Shown: positions 19,547 to 30,014, counted from the first letter of the stretch. The stretch: 64,000 nucleotides of DNA from an uncultured Gammaproteobacteria bacterium (GCA_963773065.1 CAVYZN010000009.1:1-64000); one strand, 5' to 3'. Notes: generated by a model from the sequence alone, not told the origin. Translations and numbers: made by a program.

Positions 19547-21298
19547 CTAAAGGGTTTTCAAGTATTCCAGCAGCGCTTTCTTATCTTTCTCTAAAAGTGT
19601 GGTGCCGAATTCATGCCCGCAGCGGCTGTTCCCGGAGTTTCGCTCACTGCAATCGGTCGTCTTCAGTGTGTAATTGAACCTGGTCTGATCGACAGCAAGT
19701 CCAATATTGACCGTGTCGTAAGCGGGGCCAATCTTGAATGCACTGACACGTTCAGCTGCCGGCTTCAGCAACTCGGCCAGGGTCGGTACCGAACCATTGT
19801 GCAGATACGGGGCGGTAGCCCAGATTCCTTGCAGCACACGAGATTCATACGCAAACGAGGGAGCAGCAGGCACAGCCTTCTGCGTATTAAACGCGCCTTT
19901 AAGATCTTCGATTCCCGGTTTTAACTGCGAAACTTCACGCAACACCCTATCCCTCACATCCGGTGGAACCACCACCGGAAGGTAATGTTGGAGAATAGTT
20001 CCGGTGACCGATGTTCTCAATACATTAAAGGCCGAGTCCTGGGGTTTCAGCGGCTGGTTTATGAAGGGAACTTCGGCACCTGAGAGCACGCCGGTATCAA
20101 CAGTTCTGGCAAGAACGTTGTATTCCCTGGAATCCGTATCGACATCCTGAACCGGTGTAGCCCAGGTGTTATGGACAAGGGATCGGTGCGCGCCATCCTT
20201 GATTTCATGACAACCGGCGGCACAGCTCTGATCAAAAATCGTCTTGCCTTTGGCGGCTAGCGTCTTATCCACCGCCCACGGCCATTTCGGCGGGCCAATC
20301 CTTCGGATCAAAGCCTCCAGTGCGTTTAACCCATGGAAGTTTGCAGAATTGTTTTCCGTATAATCGATCCCGAGTATCCGCGACTCGTCCTTTTTGGGGT
20401 GGAAAACGGCAAACACGCCGAAGACCTCGCCGAGGTTACGGGAGAGGCCCAAGATGTCGTTGCCGTTGTCTGCAAAACCTGGCCATTGTGTCTTGTCTTG
20501 AATCGCCGCGTTCCAGAGAAACGGATAGTGAACCGGCGCGTCGGCACGTTGTATGTTATCGGGAATTAAGTAGTTTGGCGGTGGACCGATATCGAGGCCG
20601 ACGAGCCGGTTGAAGATCATCGACACGGCGTCGAGCCGCGCCGGACCCCAAGGTTCCTTGGGCAGCGCGCGTTCCATGATCGTGTGATAAGGCACGTACC
20701 ATGCCTCCACCTCCTTGCGCAGTTGCGCCTCTTTATCAGGCGACAGAAATGAACCTAACACCGCACGGGCGAAATCCGAAAATACTTTTGGGTTGGCAAG
20801 TACTGTATTCACCGCAGTATCGAGGTCGGCAAGGAAGCTTTGGAAATCGACAATAGCCGGGCCGCCATCTATTCGATAGGCGGTATCGGAGACCTCAATC
20901 TGTCGCGTGTGGCAGGCTGAACACGTCATGCCGATGGTTCCACCACCACTTCCGCTAGCGACCATGAAGCCCACTGGCAATCCGGGTGGATTGCTGGCTT
21001 CATTGGGCAAATAGCCGTACCGGCTAAGGCTGTCCGCCAGGAATGGTTCACCGTTCGTTTGCTTTAGGGCGAACATCCAGCGATAAGGCATGATTCGCGA
21101 GCCCTGGTCGCGGCTATAGAAATCATCCCGAAGATCCGGTCTCCAGTCCGCCCCCTGATCGGTTGGCACTGGTGCCGACGACGTCGCCATGACTTTCGAC
21201 GGTGACACAAGCATTATCATACCGATAGCCATGCCGGCAAGCATCCCGATTCCAAATGCAGATCTGATTTTCATTTGATTCTTCCTCTCCCACTTCAT
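19547..21298 (-). CDS. exported di-haem cytochrome c (RoxA/MauG/peroxidase-like)
   Basis: Signal peptide; CSACH and CAAGCH haem motifs; PYLHNGSVPTL; GNSRCGHEFG. Confidence 0.85.
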   Translation of the reverse strand: MKWERKNQMKIRSAFGIGMLAGMAIGMIMLVSPSKVMATSSAPVPTDQGADWRPDLRDDFYSRDQGSRIMPYRWMFALKQTNGEPFLADSLSRYGYLPNEASNPPGLPVGFMVASGSGGGTIGMTCSACHTRQIEVSDTAYRIDGGPAIVDFQSFLADLDTAVNTVLANPKVFSDFARAVLGSFLSPDKEAQLRKEVEAWYVPYHTIMERALPKEPWGPARLDAVSMIFNRLVGLDIGPPPNYLIPDNIQRADAPVHYPFLWNAAIQDKTQWPGFADNGNDILGLSRNLGEVFGVFAVFHPKKDESRILGIDYTENNSANFHGLNALEALIRRIGPPKWPWAVDKTLAAKGKTIFDQSCAAGCHEIKDGAHRSLVHNTWATPVQDVDTDSREYNVLARTVDTGVLSGAEVPFINQPLKPQDSAFNVLRTSVTGTILQHYLPVVVPPDVRDRVLREVSQLKPGIEDLKGAFNTQKAVPAAPSFAYESRVLQGIWATAPYLHNGSVPTLAELLKPAAERVSAFKIGPAYDTVNIGLAVDQTRFNYTLKTTDCSERNSGNSRCGHEFGTTLLEKDKKALLEYLKTL

Positions 21299-21450
21299 TG
21301 TTAATTGGATGAGATAATCAACTCAATTCAGCGTCCAGGCAATTATGCGCTTCCATGGCGTCGCGTAGGCGAAGATTGCCGGAGAATCGCTCCACGAGAC
21401 ATCCTATGGCGCACGCCTTAGGTGGGTCAAACTCAAAATCACAGATTCAG

Positions 21451-21466
21451 TACGTAGAAATACGTA
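21451..21466. promoter_or_regulatory. TACGTA-N4-TACGTA motif, copy 1
   Basis: TACGTAGAAATACGTA ~150 bp upstream of the cytochrome gene. Confidence 0.6.
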
Positions 21467-21729
21467 TTCGATTGGAACGCATGAAGGTCAGGGATGGATG
21501 TGGTTGACCCCCCCGCTGCTCTTTCGCCTGAGCCATCATCGAGAACGGCAACGAGGACTGCATCGCCTGAATGGATACCCGCGTAGTGTCATGTGTTGAG
21601 TCATTGAAATTATTCATCGTCGATTAAATTGGAACGCATGAAGGTCCGATTTTGGTATGGGACGCCATTAGGTTTGCAAACCTAAATGTTTGCATCCATA
21701 TTGATCACCTAAACGCTGTAGCGCTCACT

Positions 21730-23178
21730 TCATAAACTTCCGAACAACTTTTCAAGCTGGCTCCTGGCTGCCGCGACCGCTTGGGTGATGTCCCCTGAAA
21801 AGGCGTCGGCTACACTGCGAACCTCTTCAAGGGACACCGCGGACGCATCGCGCAATTCACGCGATATGCTCATCGATATTACTTGCGTTCTGGGGAAGCC
21901 GTTTCGCCAGATAAAGCAAGCTCTTCTGCATGTCGTTGAGCGGGATAGATTTCGCTCGGGCCAATTCGCTCGGGGTGGCAATATAAGGCAAGGCATCCAG
22001 TCGTGCCGGCCCCAGGTTATCCGGAGTCGGGAGAGTCAGCGCATCTTCCAGATCCGGCGCGACGGCGTCGCGGTTGCTCAGCGGTGCACCGAGATTGAAT
22101 CGGTTGCGCAAGGTCGCCAAGATCGATGTGTGGTCGTAGGGCACGTTGCCGGAAGGTCGAAGCACAGTACCCTGCCGGATATAAGGCGAGACGATAACCG
22201 CCGGTACGCGCACCCCGTATCGGTCAAAGTTGAAAGGGGTGGTGGGGTCTGGGCCGGGCGGTGTCGCCGACGGCGGCGGAACGTGGTCGTAGCACCCGCC
22301 ATGTTCATCGTAGGTGACGATCAGCAAGGTTTGCGTCCAACCCGGGCCGCTACGCAGGCAGTTATAGACGTCTGCGATCAACTGTTCGCCCAGAGTCACA
22401 ACGTGCGGCGGATGCTGATCGTTTGGCAGGCTAACGTCGGAGAAATAGCGTGGCTCGATGAATGAGTAGTTTGGCAAGCTTCCGTGCTTGGCGTCATGAC
22501 GAAACTCGTCATAGAAGCGAAAGGCGCCCAGATGCGGCCATAGCCGCGACAGGGTCAGCGACTGCGGTATGTCATGGAAATAGATTTTCCAGCCGTTATC
22601 GATGTTGAGGTCCTCGAATCGATTGAAGATGGTCGGCATCTCATAAGGGAAATGCGGGGGCGAGTTGTTTTCGTAGCCGTTGGCGGTACCGGTATGGACA
22701 AAAAAGCGGTTCGGCCAGGTCTGGCAGGGCGCCGCAGCGTGCCACCGATCCGAAACGGCAAACTGTCGTGCGAGCCGGCTGATGACCGGCACCTGCTCCG
22801 GCGAGTAGTAATGCATGATGCGGTCCGGAAGGTAGTCTTCGGATGGTTGACCAGTCTGGCTCTGGTAGTTTTTGACGAAGCCATTCATCGGCGGCACCTG
22901 CTCCGGATTAGGTATCTCGGGAGAGCCAAACAGCTGAGTATTAATGTCGGTCCAGAGTTCTCCCGGATCAGGGTCGGGAATTCTCATGGCGTCCTCGTCG
23001 GTACCACTGTCCACCCCAGACAGACACCGGCGTGCCGCTCAGATCAGGGTTGTTTTCGGTTCCCGTCAGACCGTCGAATCCGTCGGATATTCGGGTATAG
23101 CCGTCCCAACATGCTGTCGAACGAACGGTTCTCAAGCATCAGCACGACCACGTGTTGGATCTTGTCCAATGCTCCCAT
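21730..23178 (-). CDS. phosphoesterase / phospholipase C family (alkaline phosphatase superfamily), frameshifted
   Basis: IQHVVVLMLENRSFD, TWPNR, DQHPP, YDEHGG.YDHV.PP, YGVRVP, YDHTS; shifts near 23030 and ~21870. Confidence 0.85.
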
Positions 23179-23226
23179 CTGTCTCCCCTTTGCAAATGTG
23201 TTCGAATCAGTTGGCCGTGACGTGGA

Positions 23227-24137
23227 TCAGGGCGCGTCCGTGCGCTCGGGTTTCTCGCCAGTACCACGCAGATGAATGAATTTTGAAAGCAGGTCGAACC
23301 AGAACGGTGCGCCGAGCGTCAGTGCCAATGCGGTAAGCAGGAGCCCGGCGAGTTTCAGCAATGCATCCATGAAATCGATAGTGGATGCCTGATTGCGATG
23401 CCATCCGATCGGTAGCGGCCGAAGGTCGTCCTCAGCCACGCGTATTTGTTCCACGGCTGCCGTCAGAGTCTGGCCATTCGCAGATTCAACCGCGGGCGGT
23501 TTGCTGCTCACCACATGCTCAGCAACCTTGACCATCTGCTCGCGCAGTGCGCTGTCTTGCCACAGTGCTTTACTGACAGTAATGGTGTCGGCGTTGATCC
23601 CTGCGGCGAGCAATAATCCAATGCCGAAGGAAACGTATTTCAGCTTGCGTTGGTAGACGCCACCCAGACGATCCATGGTGTTGTCGAACCAGATGGCGAC
23701 ACCATTCGCGCAGTTTGGTCAGATCGTTGTCCGCAGCAATAATATGCGCCAGCAGGATGTCGCGGATATTGCAATCGGGGAGATTCTTGATGGCATCCTC
23801 GATCTCGGAAAATCCCTGTAGGGGTTTAGTGGGGTCAAGACTACCCAGCAGAGCCATGGCAAACACCTTACCGGAAATATAGGAGGGATGACCACTTTTG
23901 CCCGGCTTGCCACCGGCAGTCGACGCGCTTTTGGCACCATCGATCAGGCCATGGTTGTAGAAATCATTGCGCAGCGGCGTGATGGTCGATGAGTTGTCCG
24001 ATGCCGGATGCAAGAGACTTGGCACGCCATCCGAAAACGGTGGCCAGGAGTTCGTTGGCGACGGTGCAAAATATGCTGAGTGCCAGGTACATCAGGACCA
24101 GGCCGATGACGACCTCAATTACCCCATTGGAACCCAT
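23227..24137 (-). CDS. conserved hypothetical membrane protein, frameshifted
   Basis: MGSNGVIEVVIGLVLMYL...FYNHGLI...PSYI...MDRLGGVYQR...LPIGW...GAPFWFDLL across three frames; GGAGG RBS. Confidence 0.75.
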
Positions 24138-24202
24138 CGATCCTCCCCAAAATGTGTGACTTTGGCCGCGTGCGTTATGGTCATGCGGAATTTTACGACA
24201 GA

Positions 24203-25096
24203 CTAGACCAACGTACTGAGAATGGCCTGGGCAAATTGCTTTGCTCCGGTGATATTGGGATGGCCCACGGATGCCCGATAGCAGAGATCTCTCCGGATGG
24301 GGTCCCGCTCATCCAGGTCGCAGGCAGCGTGCCGCTGGCGTCTGACCGGATCTTCGGGGGACGAATCCGCCTTGATCCCCCAAAGCCAAGCATCCGGCGC
24401 CAGGACCGAATTCGACGCAGTAAACGGGACCTGCGCAAACCGCACGCGCTTTCCGCCCTGCTGCTGATTGATCTCCGTCACTGCCTTCCCGAGGCAAGCG
24501 CCCGACTTTTCATTGGACATCCGGCAGTGGTCAAAAATTTTGTCAAATACGATGTCGCCGAGATTGGTCAACAGTGGCGTCAATTGCACACCGTACAGTC
24601 CAAGAAAATGGGGCAGCCGGATTGGATCACTCTCGCGGCTTAGAATAGGGAAGTAGCTCGGCACGACAATTCTGGTCGCAGGATTGGTGAACTTGGCAGT
24701 TACCTGACCAAGGAGCGTCAGCATGTCCAGATAGCAATGCTGGTTGATGAGTTCGTGCAGGTCGTCGCTGTCGGTCAGAGGATTGACGATAGTAAAGACA
24801 TCGACGTCGTTGATGCCACCATTGACTATGACCACATCCGCCGCTTCCGGACGATTCTCGTAGGAGGCGCATTGCTGGATGACAGTCGAATACGAATCGG
24901 GGACTTCCCCATCAAGGGCCGGCTTGCTGATCGTAGCGCAGACACCAATGGTGGCACCGGAATGGGCCAAGACCGTGAGACTGCTATTATCGGGAGTTTG
25001 ACTGGGCAGCTGCGAGTAAACCAAGGTCGAAAATTTTTGCGCCGGCAGCAAACCCTGACCCCAGGTCACCGAATCGCCAAGCACGATCATTCTCAT
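24203..25096 (-). CDS. SGNH/GDSL hydrolase
   Basis: LGDSVTWGQG, AHSGA, GGIND, GHPN blocks. Confidence 0.9.
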   Translation of the reverse strand: MRMIVLGDSVTWGQGLLPAQKFSTLVYSQLPSQTPDNSSLTVLAHSGATIGVCATISKPALDGEVPDSYSTVIQQCASYENRPEAADVVIVNGGINDVDVFTIVNPLTDSDDLHELINQHCYLDMLTLLGQVTAKFTNPATRIVVPSYFPILSRESDPIRLPHFLGLYGVQLTPLLTNLGDIVFDKIFDHCRMSNEKSGACLGKAVTEINQQQGGKRVRFAQVPFTASNSVLAPDAWLWGIKADSSPEDPVRRQRHAACDLDERDPIRRDLCYRASVGHPNITGAKQFAQAILSTLV

Positions 25097-25257
25097 GGAA
25101 AGCTCTCGCCCAGATGAAGGATTCGCTCGAACCAAGTCGCCCTTTAACCAGAGGTCAATTCGCTACGAGCATAGAATAGCTCAGAGCAAAGACTCGACAC
25201 AAAGATTCAAAGCACGAAAAATGCCATTGTAATAGCGGCCACAGGTGGCAGACGCAA

Positions 25258-25273
25258 TACGTAGAAATACATA
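25258..25273. promoter_or_regulatory. TACGTA-N4-TACGTA motif, copy 2
   Basis: caaTACGTAGAAATACATAttg ~160 bp upstream of the SGNH gene. Confidence 0.6.
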
Positions 25274-25313
25274 TTGATCGCTGATTCGAATGGTACGCAT
25301 AAAGGCCAAGGGA

Positions 25314-25485
25314 GGTAAATAACGACCGCGCTGCCCGCCCGCCTGACCCATCATTGCCACAACATCGAGACCGTCGACAGGACAGCACCGCCAGTGTCGG
25401 TAAGGAAGGGAAGCCTGGAAAAACGACCAAATCCTCACCCGGACGGATCATGCAAAACACGGGTCAACTTTCGCTGAAAACAACA
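25314..25485 (+). mobile_element. IS21-family istB 3' remnant and right end
   Basis: Degenerate TTAL.RLTHHCHNIET; ends GGGTCAACTTTCGCTGAAAACAACA. Confidence 0.6.
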
Positions 25486-25690
25486 ATCAGATCTTTCAAA
25501 GTAGCGCTCCCGCCCACCAAAGCCGAAAAAGAAGCCATCGCCACTCTCCGACATGGACGCAGAGATCGTCGCGCTGGAAGCCGAACTCGCCAAGGCCCGT
25601 CAACTCAAGCAGGGCCTGATGCAGGAATTACTCACTAAGAGGATACGACTCGTATGAAAATTTCCACCGTCCTCAATCACATCGACCCAC
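25486..25690 (+). pseudogene. type I RM HsdS C-terminal fragment overlapping a DUF262/GmrSD-like N-terminal fragment
   Basis: LPPTKAE..AIA..SDMDAEIVALEAELAKARQLKQGLMQELLTKRIRLV*, ATGA-coupled to MKISTVLNHID. Confidence 0.7.
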
Positions 25691-25762
25691 AAAAACATCA
25701 AGAATCCAGTTAACGCATGCCATAAATGGTCGAGGTTCTTGCATCACTCCAATCTACGAGGC

Positions 25763-27298
25763 TCAACCGATTTCCCCGACCACAGCTTCTGGTATCATGA
25801 AGTTTATTGGATGAATCGTTTTGGTGAAGGGATGTGGTTCGCCCTCCACATGCCAGTTCGCCCAAATACGCTGGCTGGCGTCCGGTTCCAGCGCGAGCCA
25901 ATTGCGCGCACCGATATAGTGATGCCGTGTTCCGGGGAATTCAGTCATTATGGAAGTGATGTCGCGATCATCCGACATTTCCTTGCCAACCATGTTCTCC
26001 AGAAAGTACAGCACCATGCCTGGTGGAGCGGGGTGGACAACACCGGAAGAGGTTAGTTGCGTTAGTGTGCGGCTCGACGTTTCAGCGCTGTTTCGAATAC
26101 TTTTGATCACGCCTACTGCGCCCACATGCACATCGCCCGATAGTAGCGTGACGCGGCATGTTTTACTTTCGGAGAAAGTCAGTAGACGGTGAATTAGGCG
26201 CAGGCGTTCCTGCTTGTGCGGGTTGCTGTTCCAGTGGTCGCGTAGATCGTCTTCCAGTTCCTGCTGTCCAGGGAAAATCGAAAGCGCCTTTTCCAGAATG
26301 GAAAAATCCGGATACACCACCGGGATGGAACTCATCACCAGAAGATGACTGCACTGGTTCGGCAGTGCGCTTAGCCAATCGTACACAGCTTTCCAGGTGA
26401 GCTGGGAAATCACCTGGCTGTCTGTTCGCTCGCTGCGCATGTCCAGCGCCAGGATCGTTAGCGGCCCTAAATTCAGTCCCAAGTTGAAAGCCGTCTGCCC
26501 GGCAATGGCGGAAGGATGGGTTTCACCCACCGCGAGCTGCATTTGGTACAGGTGAAAACACGTACGCGCACTTGCATAAATGCCGCGATATACTTGTGAA
26601 TTCTGCAGGCGCGGGTCATACGACCCCCAGCCGTCAAAAATATCGTGGTCGTCCCACATCATCACAGTTGGAATGCAGGCGAACATGGCTGCCATGTCTG
26701 GCTGGCTCCAACGCTTGATATAGAGCTCGTGGTAAAAACGGTCTACCATCTTCGCCATCGTAGCGTTGTACGGGCGTGTTGCTTTTTCTTCCAGAGGTAG
26801 CGCCAGCCAGTTATGCAGCGCGGGAATGGTGTCAAACATCGAGTCCGCATATACCTGATCGCCACCCATCATTAGTAGGTGATAGGCGTTTTTCGCGTGT
26901 TTATTGCTGATATCAGTCCACAGTACATACGGATTCTTGCAATCGTTCATCAGCTTGAAAGACGAAAAGCCGTTGCACGAAACGTAGGCCATATTAGGTA
27001 TGGTATCTTTGGCTGGAACCGAAAATGTGTGCGTGATTCCCGCCAAGCTGTAACTGACCTGTTGCGCCGTGACCTTGAGCGCGATATCCAGATCAAACCG
27101 CCAGAGCTGAATATTGGGCGTGTTAGCCGGATACATCCCGAGCGAAGTGGCCCTAACCGTGGTCGGGTCAGCCTGATCCATTTGCCAATTTAGTTGTGGC
27201 GCAGTATCACCTGCGTCTAAAACTATCAGCACAGAAACACGCCAGCATTTATTAACGATTCCCCTAAACGACAATATCGGTCCAAGTTTAAGCGTCAC
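25763..27298 (-). CDS. PhoD-like metallophosphatase (no signal peptide)
   Basis: SCNG, GGDQVYAD, WDDHDIFDGWGS, DMRSER, LSGDVH. Confidence 0.88.
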   Translation of the reverse strand: MTLKLGPILSFRGIVNKCWRVSVLIVLDAGDTAPQLNWQMDQADPTTVRATSLGMYPANTPNIQLWRFDLDIALKVTAQQVSYSLAGITHTFSVPAKDTIPNMAYVSCNGFSSFKLMNDCKNPYVLWTDISNKHAKNAYHLLMMGGDQVYADSMFDTIPALHNWLALPLEEKATRPYNATMAKMVDRFYHELYIKRWSQPDMAAMFACIPTVMMWDDHDIFDGWGSYDPRLQNSQVYRGIYASARTCFHLYQMQLAVGETHPSAIAGQTAFNLGLNLGPLTILALDMRSERTDSQVISQLTWKAVYDWLSALPNQCSHLLVMSSIPVVYPDFSILEKALSIFPGQQELEDDLRDHWNSNPHKQERLRLIHRLLTFSESKTCRVTLLSGDVHVGAVGVIKSIRNSAETSSRTLTQLTSSGVVHPAPPGMVLYFLENMVGKEMSDDRDITSIMTEFPGTRHHYIGARNWLALEPDASQRIWANWHVEGEPHPFTKTIHPINFMIPEAVVGEIG

Positions 27299-27426
27299 GG
27301 AAGTCTTCCTCGAAAAAGTTTTATTCTACATCTTTACGGTTTACGCATCATGGCCGCGTAACGACCTCCATAACCGGTATCTAAAAGCAGAGAAAAGAAG
27401 CTAATTAATACATCTGTTCTATCCAA

Positions 27427-27442
27427 TACGTATTTCTACTTA
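27427..27442. promoter_or_regulatory. TACGTA-N4-TACGTA motif, copy 3 (inverted)
   Basis: TACGTATTTCTACTTA ~130 bp upstream of the phoD-like gene. Confidence 0.55.
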
Positions 27443-27608
27443 CGTTGGTTTTCTTTGTATGTACTTGTCCTTCCCAATAATTCGTACTAACTGATATTCT
27501 TGATCTTTTTCAGGTACTGCGCCAGTCTTTTTTTGGCCATATTTGCAGCTGAAAAGGATCGAGAACGATGAAACTCATTGTCTGTGCGCTGGTTGCATTT
27601 GTGACCAC

Positions 27609-28803
27609 TGTGCTCCGCAAATATTCATGCGGCCTTCGGCAGCAAGACGTATTCATGATGTAATCCACTCAGGATGGGGTGGGCCATCACCTTAAGATGA
27701 TTTGGAATGCGATGTCGATGTGTTTGTAGTGCGACAGGGAGATCGGGTGGTGGGTCCGGTATGCCTGGGCCGAGACTGGAATGAGGCCGCCCTTTGTTGT
27801 AATGCGTCACCCAGTTTCTCGTGATGCTTCGCAGATGGGATTCGGTTATCGGGATAAAGTAGTCAAGGCATTCGCGCCGGAGTGTGCCGATCACGCGTTC
27901 ACAGAGGCTGTTAGCTTTCGGGCTTCTCGGTGGTGATCTTAGAACACGAAGCCCCATATGCGAAACCGATTGATCAAGCAGGGGCGAGAAAATGCCGTCG
28001 CGATCATTGATGAGAAAACGGTAGCCATGGTCTGATGGGTTGGCTTCCCGTAGTTGCTGAAGCGTCCACACGGCCGTTGGGTTGGTTGTCACATTGCAAT
28101 GTACAATCCGCCAGGACTGATGTTCGATGACTATAAAGACGTAGAGCAGTTGGAATGTGGCGGTAACGACGACACAGAAGTCGCAGGCCAGTATGGCCGA
28201 GGCATGGTTACGAATAAAGGTCGACCAGCGTTGATCCTTGCGTGGATGTCCTCGTGGGTGTTTTCGCATATATTTTGGTACGGTACGCGGCGATACGCGA
28301 ATACCCAGCTTGAGCAGCAATTCATTGGCAATGCGCTCCTCGCCCCAGGACGGATTACTCATGGCCATCTCACGGATCAGGTGCCTAGGCTCTACGGGTA
28401 TCAGCGGGCGCCCCGGCCGTAATTTCCAGCACCAGAACAGGCGAAAGCCCTGACGGTGCCATCGGACTAATGTCCGGGGCTGGACAACAACCAGCGCATC
28501 CCGCCAGTTGAATAACCTGGAAAGCAGCACGAGTGCAATTCGGATAGGCGTGTCAGGCCGGCGTGGTTTGGCTTTGCGCTCCTGGAACATGGCCAATTGT
28601 TTGCGCAGGAAGAGATTCTCGGCTGCGAGTGTGCCACGCGGGCGTATGTTGAACCAGACGAACGTGGCCAAGTCACTAAGAAGTTGGATTATTATCCTGA
28701 CGCCATTCATGATTGCCAACATCATGCCATCTTAGGTCCAACGGTGCGATTCTATGGCGACCAGCTCGCTAGAGGGCGTGGACTTCTATTTTTGCGGATG
28801 ACA
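27609..28803 (-). mobile_element. complete 1195-bp IS481-like element
   Basis: Imperfect TIRs TGTGCTCCGCAAATA / TTTTTGCGGATGACA; CCAC direct repeat on both sides. Confidence 0.85.
27625..28725 (-). CDS. rve integrase-core DDE transposase
   Basis: NPSWGEERIANELL.KLG, ACDF, DRD, ERVIGTLRRECLD, YNKGRPH. Confidence 0.9.
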   Translation of the reverse strand: MMLAIMNGVRIIIQLLSDLATFVWFNIRPRGTLAAENLFLRKQLAMFQERKAKPRRPDTPIRIALVLLSRLFNWRDALVVVQPRTLVRWHRQGFRLFWCWKLRPGRPLIPVEPRHLIREMAMSNPSWGEERIANELLLKLGIRVSPRTVPKYMRKHPRGHPRKDQRWSTFIRNHASAILACDFCVVVTATFQLLYVFIVIEHQSWRIVHCNVTTNPTAVWTLQQLREANPSDHGYRFLINDRDGIFSPLLDQSVSHMGLRVLRSPPRSPKANSLCERVIGTLRRECLDYFIPITESHLRSITRNWVTHYNKGRPHSSLGPGIPDPPPDLPVALQTHRHRIPNHLKVMAHPILSGLHHEYVLLPKAA

Positions 28804-28883
28804 CCACCCTTCGTCGAGCTCACCGCAACCTAGTTCGTCTCAGAGTGCCACAGGGCGGACAGTAGAACAAATCCGCTGAATAC

Positions 28884-29265
28884 TCAGACCGGAATCCCGA
28901 ACGCGTCCACCGTCACGTTCTTCCCACTCTTGTTCTTCGCACCGACCAGCTTCCCCGCATCATACTTGTAGCGCAGGAAGATCCCCTGGCCTGGCGCCGG
29001 CGTGAGGAGCAGACTGATCGTGTCGTCAGGCGAGGGACGCTTGCAGCAGTTGCCGTGTCGCGGCGTCGCGGCGCGGCCCCACGAATCGTCGCCGACATAC
29101 AGAGGTGCAACCTTCGGCAGATCCCATCGTGGGATGCGGAAGTAGTCCATCTCCGTGAAGAACTTTCCGTAGTTGGGCTGCCCCGGATCTCCGTCCGGGT
29201 CCGGCGTGACTATCGCGCGCAGCTGCGTGACCGCGGTGGACCACCGCTTGAGCGCCGCGTCGTTG
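28884..29265 (-). pseudogene. 3' fragment of an unknown gene truncated by the adjacent IS
   Basis: Open frame without its own start, fused to the IS fragment. Confidence 0.4.
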
Positions 29266-29269
29266 CCTG

Positions 29270-29675
29270 TATCGGTGGGCGCCCTGGGCGCGACTTCCAG
29301 CGCCAGAACAGGCGGAAGCCCTGACGATGCCACCGGACGAGTGTCTGGGGCTTGACAACAACCAGCGCGTCACGCCAGCTGAATAACCGGGAAAGCAGCA
29401 CGAGTGCAATTCGGATCGCTGTGTCAGGCCGGTGAGGCTTGACCTTGCGCTCCTGGAACATGGCCAATTGTTTGCGCAGGAAGAGATTCTCAGCAGCGAG
29501 CACGCTCTGCGGGTGTAGGGTAAGCCAGAAGAATGTGGCCAGGTCGCCGAGCAGCGCAATTATAGTTTTGATACCTTCCATGATGGGCAGTATCTTGCCA
29601 TATCATGAAAGGCTGCGCGATTCGAAGGTAACTGCATCCTTATGACTCAACAAAAATCAATTATTGCGGATGACA
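29270..29675 (-). mobile_element. truncated IS481-like rve element
   Basis: Near-identical to 19018-19414; end TTATTGCGGATGACA. Confidence 0.8.
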
Positions 29676-29698
29676 GGATGATACCCATAACATTCAAA

Positions 29699-29729
29699 TG
29701 TTGCGCGTTGCGCAACACGGCGCTATACT
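29699..29729 (+). promoter_or_regulatory. higBA promoter with palindromic operator
   Basis: TGTTGCGC-GTT-GCGCAACA; -35 TTGCGC, 17 bp, -10 TATACT. Confidence 0.75.
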
Positions 29730-29735
29730 GCCTTC

Positions 29736-30014
29736 GTGATACGGACAATTCGCCACAAAGGCTTGCGCCGATTTTATGAAACCAGCAGCACATCGGGGAT
29801 ACAGTCCGCGCACGCGGGCAGGCTCCGTCTTCAGCTCACCGCTTTGGATACCGCGTACACCATTCAAGACATGGACATCCCGGGTTTCAAGCTGCATCCG
29901 CTGAAAGGAAAACTGAAGGGCCGATGGGCCATTTGGGTGAGTGGCAACTGGCGTCTGACCTTTGAATTCAAGGATGGTGATGTCTATTTGCTTGATTACG
30001 AGGACTACCACTGA
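29736..30014 (+). CDS. higB: HigB (RelE/ParE family) toxin
   Basis: MIRTIRHKGLRRFYE...PGFKLHPLKG...VSGNWRLTF...DYEDYH. Confidence 0.92.
   Translation: MIRTIRHKGLRRFYETSSTSGIQSAHAGRLRLQLTALDTAYTIQDMDIPGFKLHPLKGKLKGRWAIWVSGNWRLTFEFKDGDVYLLDYEDYH

Noticed and set aside
21471-21647. Direct repeat ATTGGAACGCATGAAGGTC in two copies ~157 bp apart
   Set aside because: Only two copies; could be a local duplication or insertion scar, too little to call an array
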